Part shown: piece after piece, positions 28,004-41,860 of the stretch
Numbering within the stretch: the first letter of the stretch is position 1
How the letters are laid out: each line of letters begins with the position of its first letter
NCBI GenBank assembly: GCA_951406725.2
Contig: OX597816.1
Location: forward strand, 35,030,001 to 35,094,000
From: Octopus vulgaris
Lineage: Eukaryota
DNA length: 64,000 nt
Reading direction: 5' to 3'
The notes under the pieces: generated by a model
What the model saw: the letters and a program-made list of their open reading frames with translations, nothing else
What the model was told of the DNA's origin: nothing
Database searches by the model: none
Program-made: the position numbers and the translations under genes

Positions 28004-30067
28004 TACGTATCCTAGTCCAGAAATTTTAAAATTCTTGGAGGTGCAATGCTTCGTGTTACATTTAACACTGCCAAATAACTGCAAACTCTAGGAAATAGAA
28101 TCATGTAGTTTCAGGTCAATGATATTGTTCGGAAATGGGATTTGATGATAAATATCTCATGCTGAATATTGTAGAGAAATAGATTATAATATGAATTTGG
28201 TTTTGGATCTTCAAACATGTTCCTGCGATTTTTAATAAATTCAGTGTCGGGTTTCATCGATAAATACCTGGCGATACTTCTGTTTAATATAATTAAGATC
28301 GCAATTGATTTATTCACTTTCGTTTGCACAGGTAAAGATATAAGTTGTAACATCACAAGGTGAGGAATATAGGTTGTGTTTTCGTAGACAGGTGCATGTG
28401 TTTGTTTCGTAGTCCTCTTTATTCTGCATAAATACCTATCGTACGATTTCAGATTAATCAAAATTAAGCAGGAATTTCGTTCCTACTATTAATCATAATT
28501 TTATAGAAATGTGAAATATGACGGAGAGGGAGAGGAGAGGGAACGCAAGGAGTTGCACCTTTATCTTGTTTATGCAGATATTTAGGAAAATGAGAGTTGT
28601 AATCGTTCACTTTTACAAAGCATGTATTCTCGGCTCACTTCATATCAGGAGTCTCAACGTCTATGAAGATATTTGCAACGTTAGAAACTAAATAGACATT
28701 AACAAGGATATCTGCTACTAACGCCTCAACACACCGCAATTACTGATCCATTTATGTGCACCACTTAAGCGAAAACTGAATAATAGTGTACTAAAGCAGC
28801 ATTAATAACACGAAGCATAATTGCTACTAAGATAAGAATTGATTCAATGACCCAAAATAACGGGAATTTTTCCAGTAGTTTCGTTTCGAAAAAGAATAAT
28901 TATATATAAATATTTTTCAGGTGCTTTTCTGCAAAACCATTCAATCTTTGCTACTCTCAATTCATCGGCTCTATCACCTAAACTATTTTGATATTTGCCG
29001 GCTTACAATTCATAACATGAAGTGTATTTTCGAGTAAGCTATCAAAATACGTGTTACCTGATAATTGAAAATCTTGAATAGACTTTCTGTTACAGATTCC
29101 TTCCAAAGCCACTTGATACTTCTGAGTTTGTTAATGAGGTCAACATAAATATTTGCATAAAAGACGAATGTAAGTTAAGGACATCATGTACTGAATTGTA
29201 TAATATATACAATTTTCTAGTCTCCTTCATCACACACACTTGCAGAAATATTTGATCATCCGTAGGCTTTAATATATTATAGCTATTACTGTGCACTTGT
29301 ACTATGCAAATAAAATACTTCTCAGCAAAGGATTGAATTTGCAAGTCCTAAACTAAGGCTAACATTTGGATAGAGTGTTGAGTTTTCAATTGTTTTACAG
29401 CAGTAGTTTAATCTTCTGTGAAAAGTGTAATGCTTTTCTTGGGACCCAAGCAACTGAACCCCTGCAGAAGACGGATGTTTATGGCATTCTGAGCTTACCA
29501 AATCTAAGAACAGCGCATTTAGCGAAAGAGGTTTCGAATGTCTAGATGTACTAGTTTAATCATGCCAATGCGTTTGAAAACTTTTATCCCAATTATATGC
29601 GGTTTAAAATTTAAATGATGTACAAGTAAAATTATAGAGCTTTGATTTATAATTACAATTCCAAAAGAACCGTATGATTCGTATGTACAGTGGTGCCTTC
29701 ACTATCATGATTTACAGATAACAAAATATAATAACGTTTCATATTTTGACTATTTTGTGTCTCATGGCGCGAAATACAAAATATTTCTTGGAATATTGAA
29801 ATAGAATGGGATATACCGCGAGAAAATAAACAAGTACTGTACAAATAAACCTCATGTATTCTCTAAATGCTCTTCTAAAGTCGTATCAATAGCAAAACCA
29901 ATGCCATTTTTCTTTCATTTTATTCCTTAATTTTTCGAGAATTGAAGAAACTACACAGAAATGATGAGCGTTAAAAGACATAGTTACAGAAAATACGTTT
30001 CGTGTTTCAACGATATTTTCAGTTACTGCGTTGTATTCATTTATACAAAATAACAGGAACCAGAATG

Positions 30068-30128
<61 letters not shown>

Positions 30129-30260
30129 ATTAATCAATATAGGGTGGCAAAAAATTTCGTAGAATTTTTTTGCCATATAGATAGATAGATAGATAGGTAG
30201 ATAGATAGATATACATATACATATACATATATACATATACATATGCATATATATACATAC

Positions 30261-30340
<80 letters not shown>

Positions 30341-30343
<3 letters not shown>

Positions 30344-30451
30344 CGTGACCGACCAGGCTATCAGATGTTGCTACACATCGCTGGTCACACTGCGCTTCGC
30401 ATTGTTGTAGCCTTCAAATTACGCCATCCCGCTGGCTAAGCGAGCAGGCCA
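30341..30451 (-). mobile_element. SINE family C 3' fragment
   Basis: Matches 59856-59975; in (TA)n. Confidence 0.8.
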
Positions 30452-30528
30452 CATATATATATATATATATATATATGAAAAAATAAGTCAGGATAGAAAA
30501 TGCTAAAATAATTTTATAAAGGACATTT

Positions 30529-30564
30529 CAGTACCCGTTTCAGTCATTGAGACTTTTTCAACTT
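30529..30564 (-). ncRNA. Degenerate type I hammerhead motif
   Basis: Minus strand AAG-TTGAAAA-AGTC TCAAT GACT-GAAAC-GG-GTA-CTG; perfect 4-bp stem II; core deviates from CUGANGA. Confidence 0.45.
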
Positions 30565-30733
30565 TAACAATTAAATACTTAAATTTAGGAAAAATAAAAG
30601 AAAAGCTCTTTTAAAAGAATATTTGTATAGTGATCAAATATAAGTGGCATTTTCCTTGTTTCTGCCTTTCACTGTCTCACTTGTTTACTCTTGTGGGTTC
30701 GGGGTCGTTGTGAATTCTTGGTAGGGAAGATGA

Positions 30734-31018
30734 AGGAGGAGGAGGAGGAGGAGGAGGAGAAGGGGAGGTAGAAAACGAAGAATTTGGGAGTGCCATGATT
30801 GTAGTATTTTGAATGGTCAGTGGTGGCTAGCAGTTGCTGTTCAATTCATGAAAATATTTCTATTGAATGTTTTGTTTATAGAATTTAAAGTTAGAAAGGA
30901 GAAGGAAGGAGAAGGGGGAGAAGAAGAAGAAGAAGAAGAAGAAGAAGAAGGAGGAGGAGAAGAAGAAGAAGAAGAAGAAGAAGAAGAAGAAGAAGAAGAA
31001 GAAGAAGAAGAAGAAGAA
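30734..31018. repeat. (GGA)n and (GAA)n tracts
   Basis: Purine trinucleotide runs at 30734-30760 and 30898-31018. Confidence 0.9.
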
Positions 31019-31169
31019 AGAGAAGGGAGAATATGAATGAGTGAAAGTAGTGAGGTGTTGAATGACTTAAAGTTGGCACGTTATGGATTATAGCAGTAAT
31101 TGGGGCTGATTTTTAATGGATTCTTAGGGATGTCATATTTGCGTGTCTATTTGTGTTATTCTAAGACCA

Positions 31170-31238
<69 letters not shown>

Positions 31239-31333
31239 GGTCCCGGGTTGATTCGGGGTTAACCACAGTAAATAAGGTACTCAATACATAGCAGAGTAAA
31301 ATTAATTTATTATATAGAAGGAGCTTCTACAGG

Positions 31334-31375
31334 ACTAGAACTGTTTCATTCAAGAGAAATCTTCAGGAAGCTAGT
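31334..31375 (-). ncRNA. Candidate minimal hammerhead motif in a PLE-type terminus
   Basis: Minus strand ACTAG-CTTC-CTGAAGA-TTTCTCTTGAAT-GAAACAGTT-CTAGT. Confidence 0.45.
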
Positions 31376-31586
31376 TAACAAGAATTGTATTGGCATTTAT
31401 ACATTTAGGCAGGTTTAAAGGGGTGGTGGTGGGGGACTTTTAGGGGGTAGGCATAGCGCAAAAATATCATACTTGGGGGAGTGGTCAAGGAGTCAGTGGT
31501 AAATTAGATAAAAGAATAAATAAAAGAATAAAAAAATATATAGAAGAATAGAGTTTTAGGTAAATAAGGAGGTTCTCACTTATACC

Positions 31587-32481
31587 TATACACATATGTA
31601 TACATATATACACACACACACACATATACATACACACATACATATATACATACACACATATATATATACATACCTACATCTACATATATATATATTTAAA
31701 TATATATATATATATACATATGTACACACACATATGCATATACATATACACACACACATGTATATATACACACACGACCACACATACATATACACACAAA
31801 AATATATACGTACACACACATACACATACACACATACACACACATATCCACATACACACATGCACACACAACACACAAGTCCCTATATACACATATATAC
31901 ATATACACATACATATACATATATATACATATATATATATATATATACATATGTGTACCTATACATACCTACACATACACACATATATATATACATACAA
32001 ATACAAACCCATTCCCTAATTTTAATTTTATTATCTTCATTTATTACTTTTGTTATCTTTGACCGCTGGTCACAAGCATCTTGGCTACGACAGCAAGTCC
32101 ATTTATCTTTCTACTTGAACACAAGCAATCACTCACGAACGCACACTCATTAGCACGCACACTCACTCATTCGCACACTCATACACATACACGCACGTAC
32201 GCGTTATATTCATACATACATACATCTACATACATTCACATATATACACATACGTACGCGTACCTACAGATTCATGTCTACACGCTTAGAAGACTAGTCT
32301 ATTATACACCTACGTACAAATACATACATATATATATATATATATATACGTATATATATACATGCATACATACACCCATACATACATACATATATACACA
32401 TACACACACTCACACGTATACATATACATACATATACGCGCATGCATACACACACACATACATACACATATACATATATAT

Positions 32482-32533
<52 letters not shown>

Positions 32534-32921
32534 ACAAACACATACATACATACATATACATATATACACACACATACATACACATATACACATACACACA
32601 CATACACATATACATGCGTACCCATACATACACACACACGCGCATCCATATATACACATAAGTAAACACATGCGTAAAAGTATACATATATCTATACATA
32701 TGCTTACACATACACACACACACGCGTCCCCTTATGTTCATACTTACATGCATACTCAAAAAATAAATAATAAAATATATAATATAATAAAATATATATA
32801 CGTGCAGTTATTCATATACATACATGCATACTCAAAGAATAAATAATAATTATATATACGTGCAGTTACCTATTATACAGACGGACACATACATATAAAC
32901 TTACACACATGTATATATATC

Positions 32922-32953
<32 letters not shown>

Positions 32954-33120
32954 CATACTTACACATATGTACATATACATACACACATACATAACTCTAC
33001 GTACCTACATATACATAAACACACGAGCGTACACGTATATGTACATATACACATACACATACACATACATATATACATACATACATATACATACACACAC
33101 ATATACATATATACATATAT

Positions 33121-33171
<51 letters not shown>

Positions 33172-33200
33172 CACACACACATACATACATATGCATACAC

Positions 33201-33258
<58 letters not shown>

Positions 33259-33552
33259 ACATATATATATACATACATACATACACATACACACACATAT
33301 ACATATACACACATACACACACATACATATGTACATACACACACATACATATACATACACACATATACATATATATATATATATATATATACATGTGTGC
33401 AAACATACATACATACTCATACACACATACACACTTACATATACATATATACACATATACACATATGTACACATACACACACATATTCACATATATATAA
33501 ACATATATATATATACATATACATATATATATATACACATATACACATATAT

Positions 33553-33587
<35 letters not shown>

Positions 33588-33739
33588 CCCACACCTACAC
33601 ATACACACATATATACATATATACATACATATACACACATACTCACACACACACATATATATATACATACATACACATACACATACATATATATATATAC
33701 ATACACATACACATGCACATACGTATAACTCTACATACC

Positions 33740-33771
<32 letters not shown>

Positions 33772-33910
33772 AACACATATATATACACATATACATATGT
33801 ATATATACACACACATATATATACCCATCTACAAACTGTATATACACACACATACATGCACATACACATAACTTTACATACCTACATATACATCGACATA
33901 CTCGCGTACA

Positions 33911-33984
<74 letters not shown>

Positions 33985-34008
33985 TTCACATACATATATA
34001 TACATATT

Positions 34009-34054
<46 letters not shown>

Positions 34055-34068
34055 CATATATATATATA
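31587..34068. repeat. ~2.5-kb compound (TA)/(CA)/(TACA) low-complexity array with short unique islands
   Basis: Nearly continuous alternating purine-pyrimidine repeats; source of the YI/HT ORFs. Confidence 0.95.
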
Positions 34069-34275
34069 TCAACAATTGAGCGTAAAGTTAATTAGTTATT
34101 GATCAATTTCACCAAGTATTCAGTATGTAGAAGGACCATTATTTTTTTGAGTAAACATTGTCTGAGAGAAAATTTTCTTTAAGTAGTTGAAATGGCTAAA
34201 AAACTTTTTTGGCTGCTATTTCTAGAAAGTTCAGTATGTGGCAAAGTAATTTATTTTACTAAGCCTTAATTATAT
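34069..34275. mobile_element. Rearranged copy of the 27641-27959 element
   Basis: 34069-34140 is the reverse complement of 27885-27959; 34170-34275 matches 27761-27864 directly. Confidence 0.75.
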
Positions 34276-34519
34276 AATATTTTATATATACATACACATA
34301 CATACACACATACATATACACATACATATGCATACACACATATATACATATATACATATATACACACACACACACACACATACACACACACACACACACA
34401 CATACATATATATATATATTTTTACATACACACACACACAATACATGCGTATATTCCTACTATACCCATACATTTCTATACATATATACGATACACATAT
34501 ACAAGCGTGCACATACAAT

Positions 34520-34765
34520 ATGTGAAAGGTCTTAGGAGAAAAGGTAATCGGGGGTGCTAGGGGAACGGTGGGATTGGGGGGGTTTGTGGGTGGGGTGTCA
34601 TCAATCTGGTTGCCGGGTAGGTCTATAGTTCTTGTAGTTTGCATAATTCTTATGCATGCAATTTGGGGAGTGTTCTGAGATCTTGTTAAGGAGAGGGCCT
34701 TTGGCGAACAAGGTCTCTAGGCTCTCCGAAATGCAAAGGTCACAGCAGGTATGGCCTCCTGTGAT
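34520..34765 (-). mobile_element. PLE endonuclease C-terminal fragment
   Basis: GGHTCCDLCISESLETLFAKGPLLNKISEHSPNCMHK resembles the CxLCxxE...LLNxxxE...CxH C-terminus of PLE GIY-YIG domains. Confidence 0.6.
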
Positions 34766-34775
34766 ATACATATAC

Positions 34776-34806
<31 letters not shown>

Positions 34807-35649
34807 AATATATAAATAAATAAAAAATAAAAAATAAAGAGAAAAATAAAAATAATATATATATATACATGTAAATTTATAAATATAACTTAATAATTTA
34901 AAAATTTTAACTTTAAATTTAAATAATTTAAATTTTGAATTTTATATTTTGTATATTATATTAATTAATTGGTTCTTTTCATTTTGAAAGCCAGATTTTC
35001 CTAGTTAACTAATCAATTTGAAACTTCGTATACTGGTAGAATTTGTCAAAAGAAAACATAATTGTAAACCAAAATGAAACAGGAATTGTAATTTCTAAGT
35101 TTAACGTTGTTTAATAATTCGAATTTTAACAATTGATATTCTTTCTTTCGACTTCATATCATTTACTGCCTTTCAAAATGTTGTTACTGTGACGTAAACA
35201 GCTATTTTGTGACGTAGTAAACATCCGCTTATCGTAACTAAACACTTTCAAACTTCGTGGAGTATATATAAAATTTGTGCAAATCCTAAATAGCTAAATT
35301 CTTTTTGAAAGTCTTAGTATATATAAAATGAGTGTGTAAATTATTTTCCATTGTTTGCATTGCTTACACACACACATACATACATACACACATACTAAAA
35401 TTACATCGTTGGAGCAGTAATTTATTTATGTATTTTTTTGTTATACAATTTATTTTTAAGCTGAATCCCTATCCTGCCATTAACCTCTTTCTTATAAAAT
35501 AGTTGAAGAATCTGGGGTGTAGGAATTGGGCCAGTATTGGAACTTTTAACTTCTTACTCTCAATCTTATGATCTCCGAAATTTAAGAATCTTGTGTTAAC
35601 TGGGCTCTTATTATTTACTCTGACTCTGCCACTATCAAAGACTATCAAT

Positions 35650-35992
35650 ATCAGAATCATCTTCACAACCACCACTACAACCATTACTACAACCTCCAAT
35701 GCCGCCACCACAACCATCTTCTGCAACCACAACCCCAAGATCAATACCAGCATCATATGCAAAATCACCAATTTCACCACCACTACACTCTGCAATGTCT
35801 TCAACACTACCATCCAAGAGACATCCTAACATAATCAATGCTACTACTACTATCATCATCATCCACTGCCGCCACCACCACTACCACCACCTCTACAAAA
35901 ACAGCAACACTATAATTGCTGCCATCATACACATCCACCGTCACCACTACACCACCACCACCACCACTGCCATGATAACCACATCTACCACA
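35650..35992. repeat. Degenerate (ACC/CAT/ACT)n trinucleotide region
   Basis: Decayed trinucleotide repeats. Confidence 0.7.
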
Positions 35993-36240
35993 GCTGTTTG
36001 CTTACTGCTTACCTACTCACAAAATAGCTGTCTACGTCACAGTAACACTATGCAGCTAATAATTTCAAATGAAAACAGACAATATGATTGGTTAAAATTT
36101 ACAGATTTAAACTACGTTTAAACTTATAAAATACATTAGATATCGGTGAAGGAAAGTTAATTATGGAGTCGATGTGACCTGTCATTAGTTATACACAGAA
36201 TTCTACTCATCGCTATATCCTTTCAATTTAGAATATTCTA

Positions 36241-37497
36241 TTGCGTTGGCAACTAAGTTCCCGCCGTTCATTTTAAATTTTGGAATTTATTGCGTTTTAA
36301 ATTTTGGAATCTATTTTTTCGAGAATTCTATTTTTGAATTATTTTAGAATCTATTTTGGATCTTTTTCTAGTTAATTTTCTTTAATTTTTGTTTATTTTC
36401 AGATCATTAACAAGGAATGTCAAGTGAAGGAAAACGAGCATTTTCGACATTTTCTTCTTGTTGCTTTTAATCTAGGTTCTAAGGCCGCAAAAGCTGTATG
36501 GAGAGGGTACCATAGCAAAAAAGAAACGCTCGTGATTCGTGTGCCAACTACAAAAATGGAAATTTTTACCTCAAAGACGCACCGCATTCTGGCCGCTCAA
36601 TTGAATTCGATGAAGAGCGATTAAACCAACATTTGCACGAAAATTCTTGTCAAACGACAAGGGAACTGGTGGAGAAAATGGAATACTCCCACACTGCTAT
36701 AGAGAAGTATCTTCACTTGATGGGCGTGATTCAGAACTTTGGAGCATAGGTTCCGCATACTTTAAGTGACAACAACAAAAATCAACGAGCTACATCTCTG
36801 CTAGTTTGCTTGCTCGTCACTGCACAACTCACGGACGCAAGCAACGATGTCTTTACCGCAAATGGTGCCTGTACATCAATTTGAAGCAGCGTAAGGAATG
36901 GCTTCGATCCGGTACAGAAGCGACATCGCGCGTAAAACAAGATCGTCATCCGCGTAAAACGATGTCGTGGGTATGGTAGGACTGGGAAGGGGTTATCTAT
37001 TACAAATTGCTTGAACGGAACCGAACGGTCAACGCGGCACTTTATGCTCAACAGATAGAACGACTCAACACGGCTATCCAAGAGAAAAGACCTAATCGTC
37101 AGCATGGAGGTATTCTGCTGCACGACAACGCCCGCCCTCATATCGCCAATATGACAAAGGAAGCCATTAAAACGCATGACTGAGAGGTCCTGCCACTCCT
37201 GCCGTACTATCCCGATTTGGCACCAACGGATTTCCACCGCTTTCGAAATCTTTCAAATGCTATGTGCGGAGTTTCGTTCAACACTATTGCAGAATTGAGA
37301 GCTTGGTTGGATCAATTTTTCGAGTCGAAATCCCGTGATTTCTACTAACGAGGTATTCAAAATTTGTTGAACGTTGGGAAGAACTTATAAAGGACAAGGG
37401 AAAATACATTACTGATTAATTAGTCCTTATTGTTTATTAAACCTTTAAAAAAATTATAATTTTATAAGAAACTGCGGGTACTTAGTTTCGAACCCAA
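36241..37497 (+). mobile_element. Full-length mariner transposon, inactivated
   Basis: 28-bp TIRs TTGCGTTGGCAACTAAGTTCCCGCCGTT and (reverse complement) TTGGGTTCGAAACTAAGTACCCGCAGTT; TA at left, CA at right; ~1.26 kb. Confidence 0.92.
36411..37417 (+). pseudogene. Mariner DD34D transposase pseudogene
   Basis: ENEHFRHFLL N-terminus; (W>stop)VPHTL; LLHDNARPH; PYYPDLAPTDFH (YSPDLAPxD-like); multiple stops and frameshifts. Confidence 0.9.
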
Positions 37498-38239
37498 CAG
37501 TTTCTATTGCCTGTCAATAATTCCCATTTGCAAACCTTGATATTTGATAGACGGCATTTTAGAGAATAATGCCAATCTAATGACCTAATACATGCAAGAA
37601 ATGGAGGTTTTGAAATACATCATCAACGTCTTAATTATGTCCCTTTATGCAAACGCTACGTTTTGCGTATACTTAGGTTTTAACATGGCAATATTTCGGA
37701 TTCTTGATATCATGAGTACAGTACTCATATTATATGAGCTCTGGACTATCACAACTCTATAATAATTCTTGGTTATATTGTTTATTTATCAGTCATATTC
37801 CCCAAGCTCTTAAGTTTGTCCAATGATTTTATTTTGATGGATGATATTTTCCCCGATACGTGTCGGTTTCTACTCCCGTTTCGAACCATTTTATCAATTT
37901 AACAATTTCAATAAAGCAATATATGCCATAATGCCATATTGATATTTAATATTTTTGAATCGGCTTTATGTCATTTATACGAATAAAATATGAATAAAAT
38001 CATTGAACCTAACCTGACATGTAAACAATTCTGCGTCATCTATAGTTATTAGATTTCAGGTTGGGAGATGTCTGATAGTGTTGTATAAAAATTGGCGCGC
38101 GTAACCACACAAAACAATACAGGGTTGTAATCACTGCACGTGCATCTAAACTAATATTCTGGGTATCTGTGAAAAATAACAAATACTCTGGAAATAAACG
38201 AAGAACCAATAGAATAAGACATACTTATTGTGACTGTTA

Positions 38240-38519
38240 TGTGATAGGGATCGGGGCCCGGAAACAACCCCGTGATCGAAGAATTCCCGGTAGGCGCGGA
38301 TCATCAGCCCGTATTGATCACGTTACTGCTCTTTGTAAACAGCACCCGTCGCTACTACGGATCGGACGGTCCGGTGAGGTCCTCGGATCAGGCCGACAAG
38401 ACCGCTTTCACGCGCGGCGCGTTTTCTGATGGCCCGGAGAAGACGACCGAACCCGATCGCTTAGAGAAAGTAAAATTCGTAACAAGATTTCCGTAGGTGA
38501 ACCTGCGGAAGGTTCATTA
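38240..38519 (+). rRNA. 18S rRNA 3' fragment (orphan pseudogene)
   Basis: TTGTAAACAGCACCCGTCGCTACTAC and GTAAAATTCGTAACAAGATTTCCGTAGGTGAACCTGCGGAAGGTTCATTA correspond to the eukaryotic SSU 3' end, with substitutions at near-invariant sites. Confidence 0.93.
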
Positions 38520-39005
38520 CCGCCCCGATCATCGCCCACTTCGCTGGCTCGTGGTATTGGAAGCAAGATAAATCTGCGATCCGTCCCATTCGTAAGCCAC
38601 GACCGGGCCCCCCTCACCTTCATCTTCGTCAACCCTCTAACAGTGTAGTAGTAGCAACGCAGCCGCCGCTCCCATGCTGCGCTCGCTCACGCTGCCGACC
38701 GCGCAAGTCTCATTCAGCCAGCGCCCGCGCGACAACTAGAGCGCTCGACCTACGGTGTTGCGCGCCTTGCGGCTCCATGATCCCCTCTCTCCCTCTCTCT
38801 CTCTCTCTCTCAGTCTTCCTCCCTTCCGCTCTTGCGTTCGCTGGCGGCTAGCTCCGCTTCAGCAATCCGCGCTGTTCCACTGCAGCCGCCGCCGTTACTC
38901 GGTTTCCGTTTCGATTCATGTTTTCTTTCCTACGCGCGGCATCGCGCCGCATCCCTTTCAGTACGTAGTCGTCAGTAATAATAGTACAGTGGTAGCAAAT
39001 ACCGA
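38520..39005 (+). other. ITS1 of the orphan rDNA fragment
   Basis: GC-rich spacer between the 18S end and the 5.8S start; internal (CT)n. Confidence 0.85.
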
Positions 39006-39168
39006 AACCCTGGAGTAGGGATCATCCGGCTTGTCAGTTGATGAAGTGCGCGGCTATCCGCGTGAACTGATGTGAATTGCAGGACTCAGTGTATATCGAC
39101 AGCTCGAACCCACATTGCGTCCATGGGATCCAATTCGTCCCGGGGCTCCGTCCGGTTGAGAGGCGGTC
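39006..39168 (+). rRNA. 5.8S rRNA (pseudogene)
   Basis: GGATCATCCGGCTTGTCAGTTGATGAAG...GATGTGAATTGCAGGAC...TCGAACCCACATTGCG...GTTGAGAG; ~160 nt. Confidence 0.92.
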
Positions 39169-39250
39169 ACATCACGAAAACGTTGTCCGCCGCCGCCGTT
39201 GGCTACGAATGGGAGTTGGGAGTCCCAGGAAAGTGCGCGCGCCGGGAATT
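39169..39250 (+). other. Partial ITS2
   Basis: GC-rich sequence after 5.8S that ends abruptly in AT-rich DNA. Confidence 0.7.
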
Positions 39251-41210
39251 TGAATGTCAATTTAAGAAAATATGTTTTCCAGTGAACTTAACTCTACCCA
39301 ATTCAAATTGTAAATATGTTTGTTGTATTTTGCTGTACATAGAAATTTATCGAATGTGTTACTGTACGTCACTCATTACGCACATAAACATATGCACGGA
39401 TATACTGTTAATTCTATTTGCATGTACCTCTAATGGCTACCACATTAATTGAGTTGATTCAAGTGTGTGGAAGATAATGATTTGTTTGACATTCATGACA
39501 GGAAAGGAAAGAACAGGAAAAGGAATAGGAAAATGTCATGGAATATTTTTATTAGTATTAACAAATTAAATGACTGCTGTCAACAGAAACATTTATACGG
39601 AACACACCAGTTACTTTTTGTAAGAAATTTTGGTGACAATAATTTGAAGATAATTTGAAGTAGTATTTTTGGTACGCATATTCTTATTGGACATAGATGA
39701 AAATATTTAAAAGAAAGACAAAAACAATTGACAAAAATACTATATTGTTATATTTGGGGATGGCCATCTTTATTTACCAAATATTCACACGCATTGTACC
39801 CACCTTCTTCACTTCAACCTCATTCTTATTCATATTTGTATTTTAGAAGAAAAAAGCTGGAAGGAAGAACGAATGTATAGTGCATGTTGTTATTTAGAAA
39901 AGGAAAATAGACTATCCCCAAATATAACAATATCTGTTTCAACACACACTTTCATATCAAGAATCTTGCAAAACAAATACACAAAAGTGACATCAAAAAT
40001 ATTACAATCGTAATTGTGTTTCTTTGTTAGGTTTTGCATTATGTTTTTGAGGTAGCTTCGTGAAGTAATCAGATTCATTTTCCTTACCACATTTTGATGA
40101 CGCCAAAATGACAAAACTGATTTTTTAAATTAATTTAAATGCTTAATTTAATACAAAAGTTGTCCAATTAAATGTAAATCTTCTTCGAAAGAATTAGAAA
40201 ATTATCGATTTTTATCTCTATAGTCAGGATAAATAAATGTTGTGTTACTCACTTTTTAATTGGATGAATTAATTCAGTATCTGTTGTCTTCATCGCTTAA
40301 TTAGTAATCCTTTTCGTTTTAAGTAAAATTGTTTTTATAAAAGTTTTTTTCTTTTTCTTTTTAACATTTTCTGAACAATTATTGTGACAACTTCGCCATA
40401 AACATAGTTTCTAATAGAAGGTATTGCTTCATCATTAAGATGTGTCTTAATAGCACTACTGTTGTTTCTACAGATACCCTAATTTTTTTACCCGACAATT
40501 ATATATCCTGCCAGTAGGTGTCCCTGTGTGAACGCTGGAGTTCCGAATCATATTTCTCTTATATCTATGCTTGCAACTTTTATCTAGATATCATATACGG
40601 GTATTACTGAAAATTTCAATCCTTTTAGTGTGAATGGAAAATAAGTGTCACCTGGTGAAAAGAAAACTAGCTTAGCATTAATATCCTTCCAGCTCCAATA
40701 CCGTTAGGTTTACCGAGGTTCAGTGAAGTGTTAATAGCATTCGGAACCGAGCAGAAGATATAATTGCAGTGACCATTTAAATCTGCTACAAATATTGCTA
40801 AATTTTCTTCGATGGTCTCACTGGTGTGAGGAAGTAGGGCAGTTATATTTATTGAATTCATAAATCCTGCAGCGATAATGAGAAGAAAAAAACAATGATT
40901 TTTCTGCTACAGAAACTATGCCTCTTAGTATAATCGCGACCATTGTCACAATTTTTGCTGTTAGAAATGCAGTTAGCATTGGAAGACGTCACTATTTCAT
41001 TCTCATAGCGTGCTGCAAGTTTGACATAAACAAATTGAACGAAACCTTTCGTCGAATTTAGCGTCAAGGAAGAATACAATCGCAAAGGTGTCTCTAAGAC
41101 ATGAGTCAGTATTAAAAATATTTAGACTCTGGTTTTTGTAAGTTTCAGCAATCAGTTCCCATAGCTCTTTCGCAGATCCACTGCAGCAAAATCATTGTTA
41201 TTCAAACAAT

Positions 41211-41445
41211 TTACGGCGGCGAGCTGGCAGAAATGTTAGCATACCGGGCGAAATGCGTAGCCGTATTTCGTCTGCCGTTACATTCAGAGTTCAAATTCCG
41301 CCGAGGTCGACTTTGCCTTTCATCCTTTCTAGGTCGATTAAATAAGTACCAGTTACGCACTGGGGTCGATATAATCGACTTGATCCGTTTGTTTGTCCTT
41401 GTTTGTCCTCTCTGTGTTTAGCCCTTTGTGGGTAGTAAATAAATA
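41211..41445 (+). mobile_element. SINE family B, 14-bp TSD
   Basis: TSD GTTATTCA(A/G)ACAAT at 41197-41210 and 41446-41459; matches 15175-15408. Confidence 0.9.
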
Positions 41446-41800
41446 GTTATTCAGACAATGATTTACTTTGTCACATTTCTATAACTCCTAATTTATTATA
41501 TCAAGATGGCATCCATTTAAACCGTCAATGAAATAACATGACTATATGAAGAGTGCATGTGTACGATGGACATAGCAAACATATTTAACGCATTGCTGAT
41601 CGTTTGCAACTTGGTATTTACCAACGTTCATCTAGTTGATTAGCAATTATGAATACAGCCACCACATTCCAATAACTTATACCTTCTGAAGAATTTACTG
41701 TCTGGATTTTTGCCAATATGTAATCAAATATAATAGTCGGTCGTTTAATCATTTAACAGACATGAAATAATTACATATGAAAGTATATGAATATACATAT

Positions 41801-41857
<57 letters not shown>

Positions 41858-41860
<3 letters not shown>

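Noticed and set aside
30145-30175. Small hairpin TGGCAAAAAATT...AATTTTTTTGCCA
   Set aside because: Too short and A/T-rich to classify; possibly a collapsed TIR remnant
30809-31036. Poly-Glu ORF
   Set aside because: (GAA)n microsatellite
31586-34095. Long YI/HT/CV-repeat ORFs up to 320 aa (also at 12.4, 21.3, 25, 43.3, 56 and 58-63 kb)
   Set aside because: Stop-free dinucleotide repeats, not proteins
35469-36121. Thr/His-rich mucin-like ORFs
   Set aside because: Decayed trinucleotide repeat that is open in several frames; no splice or domain support
38169-39452. GC-rich ORFs
   Set aside because: Overlap the rDNA pseudogene; incidental
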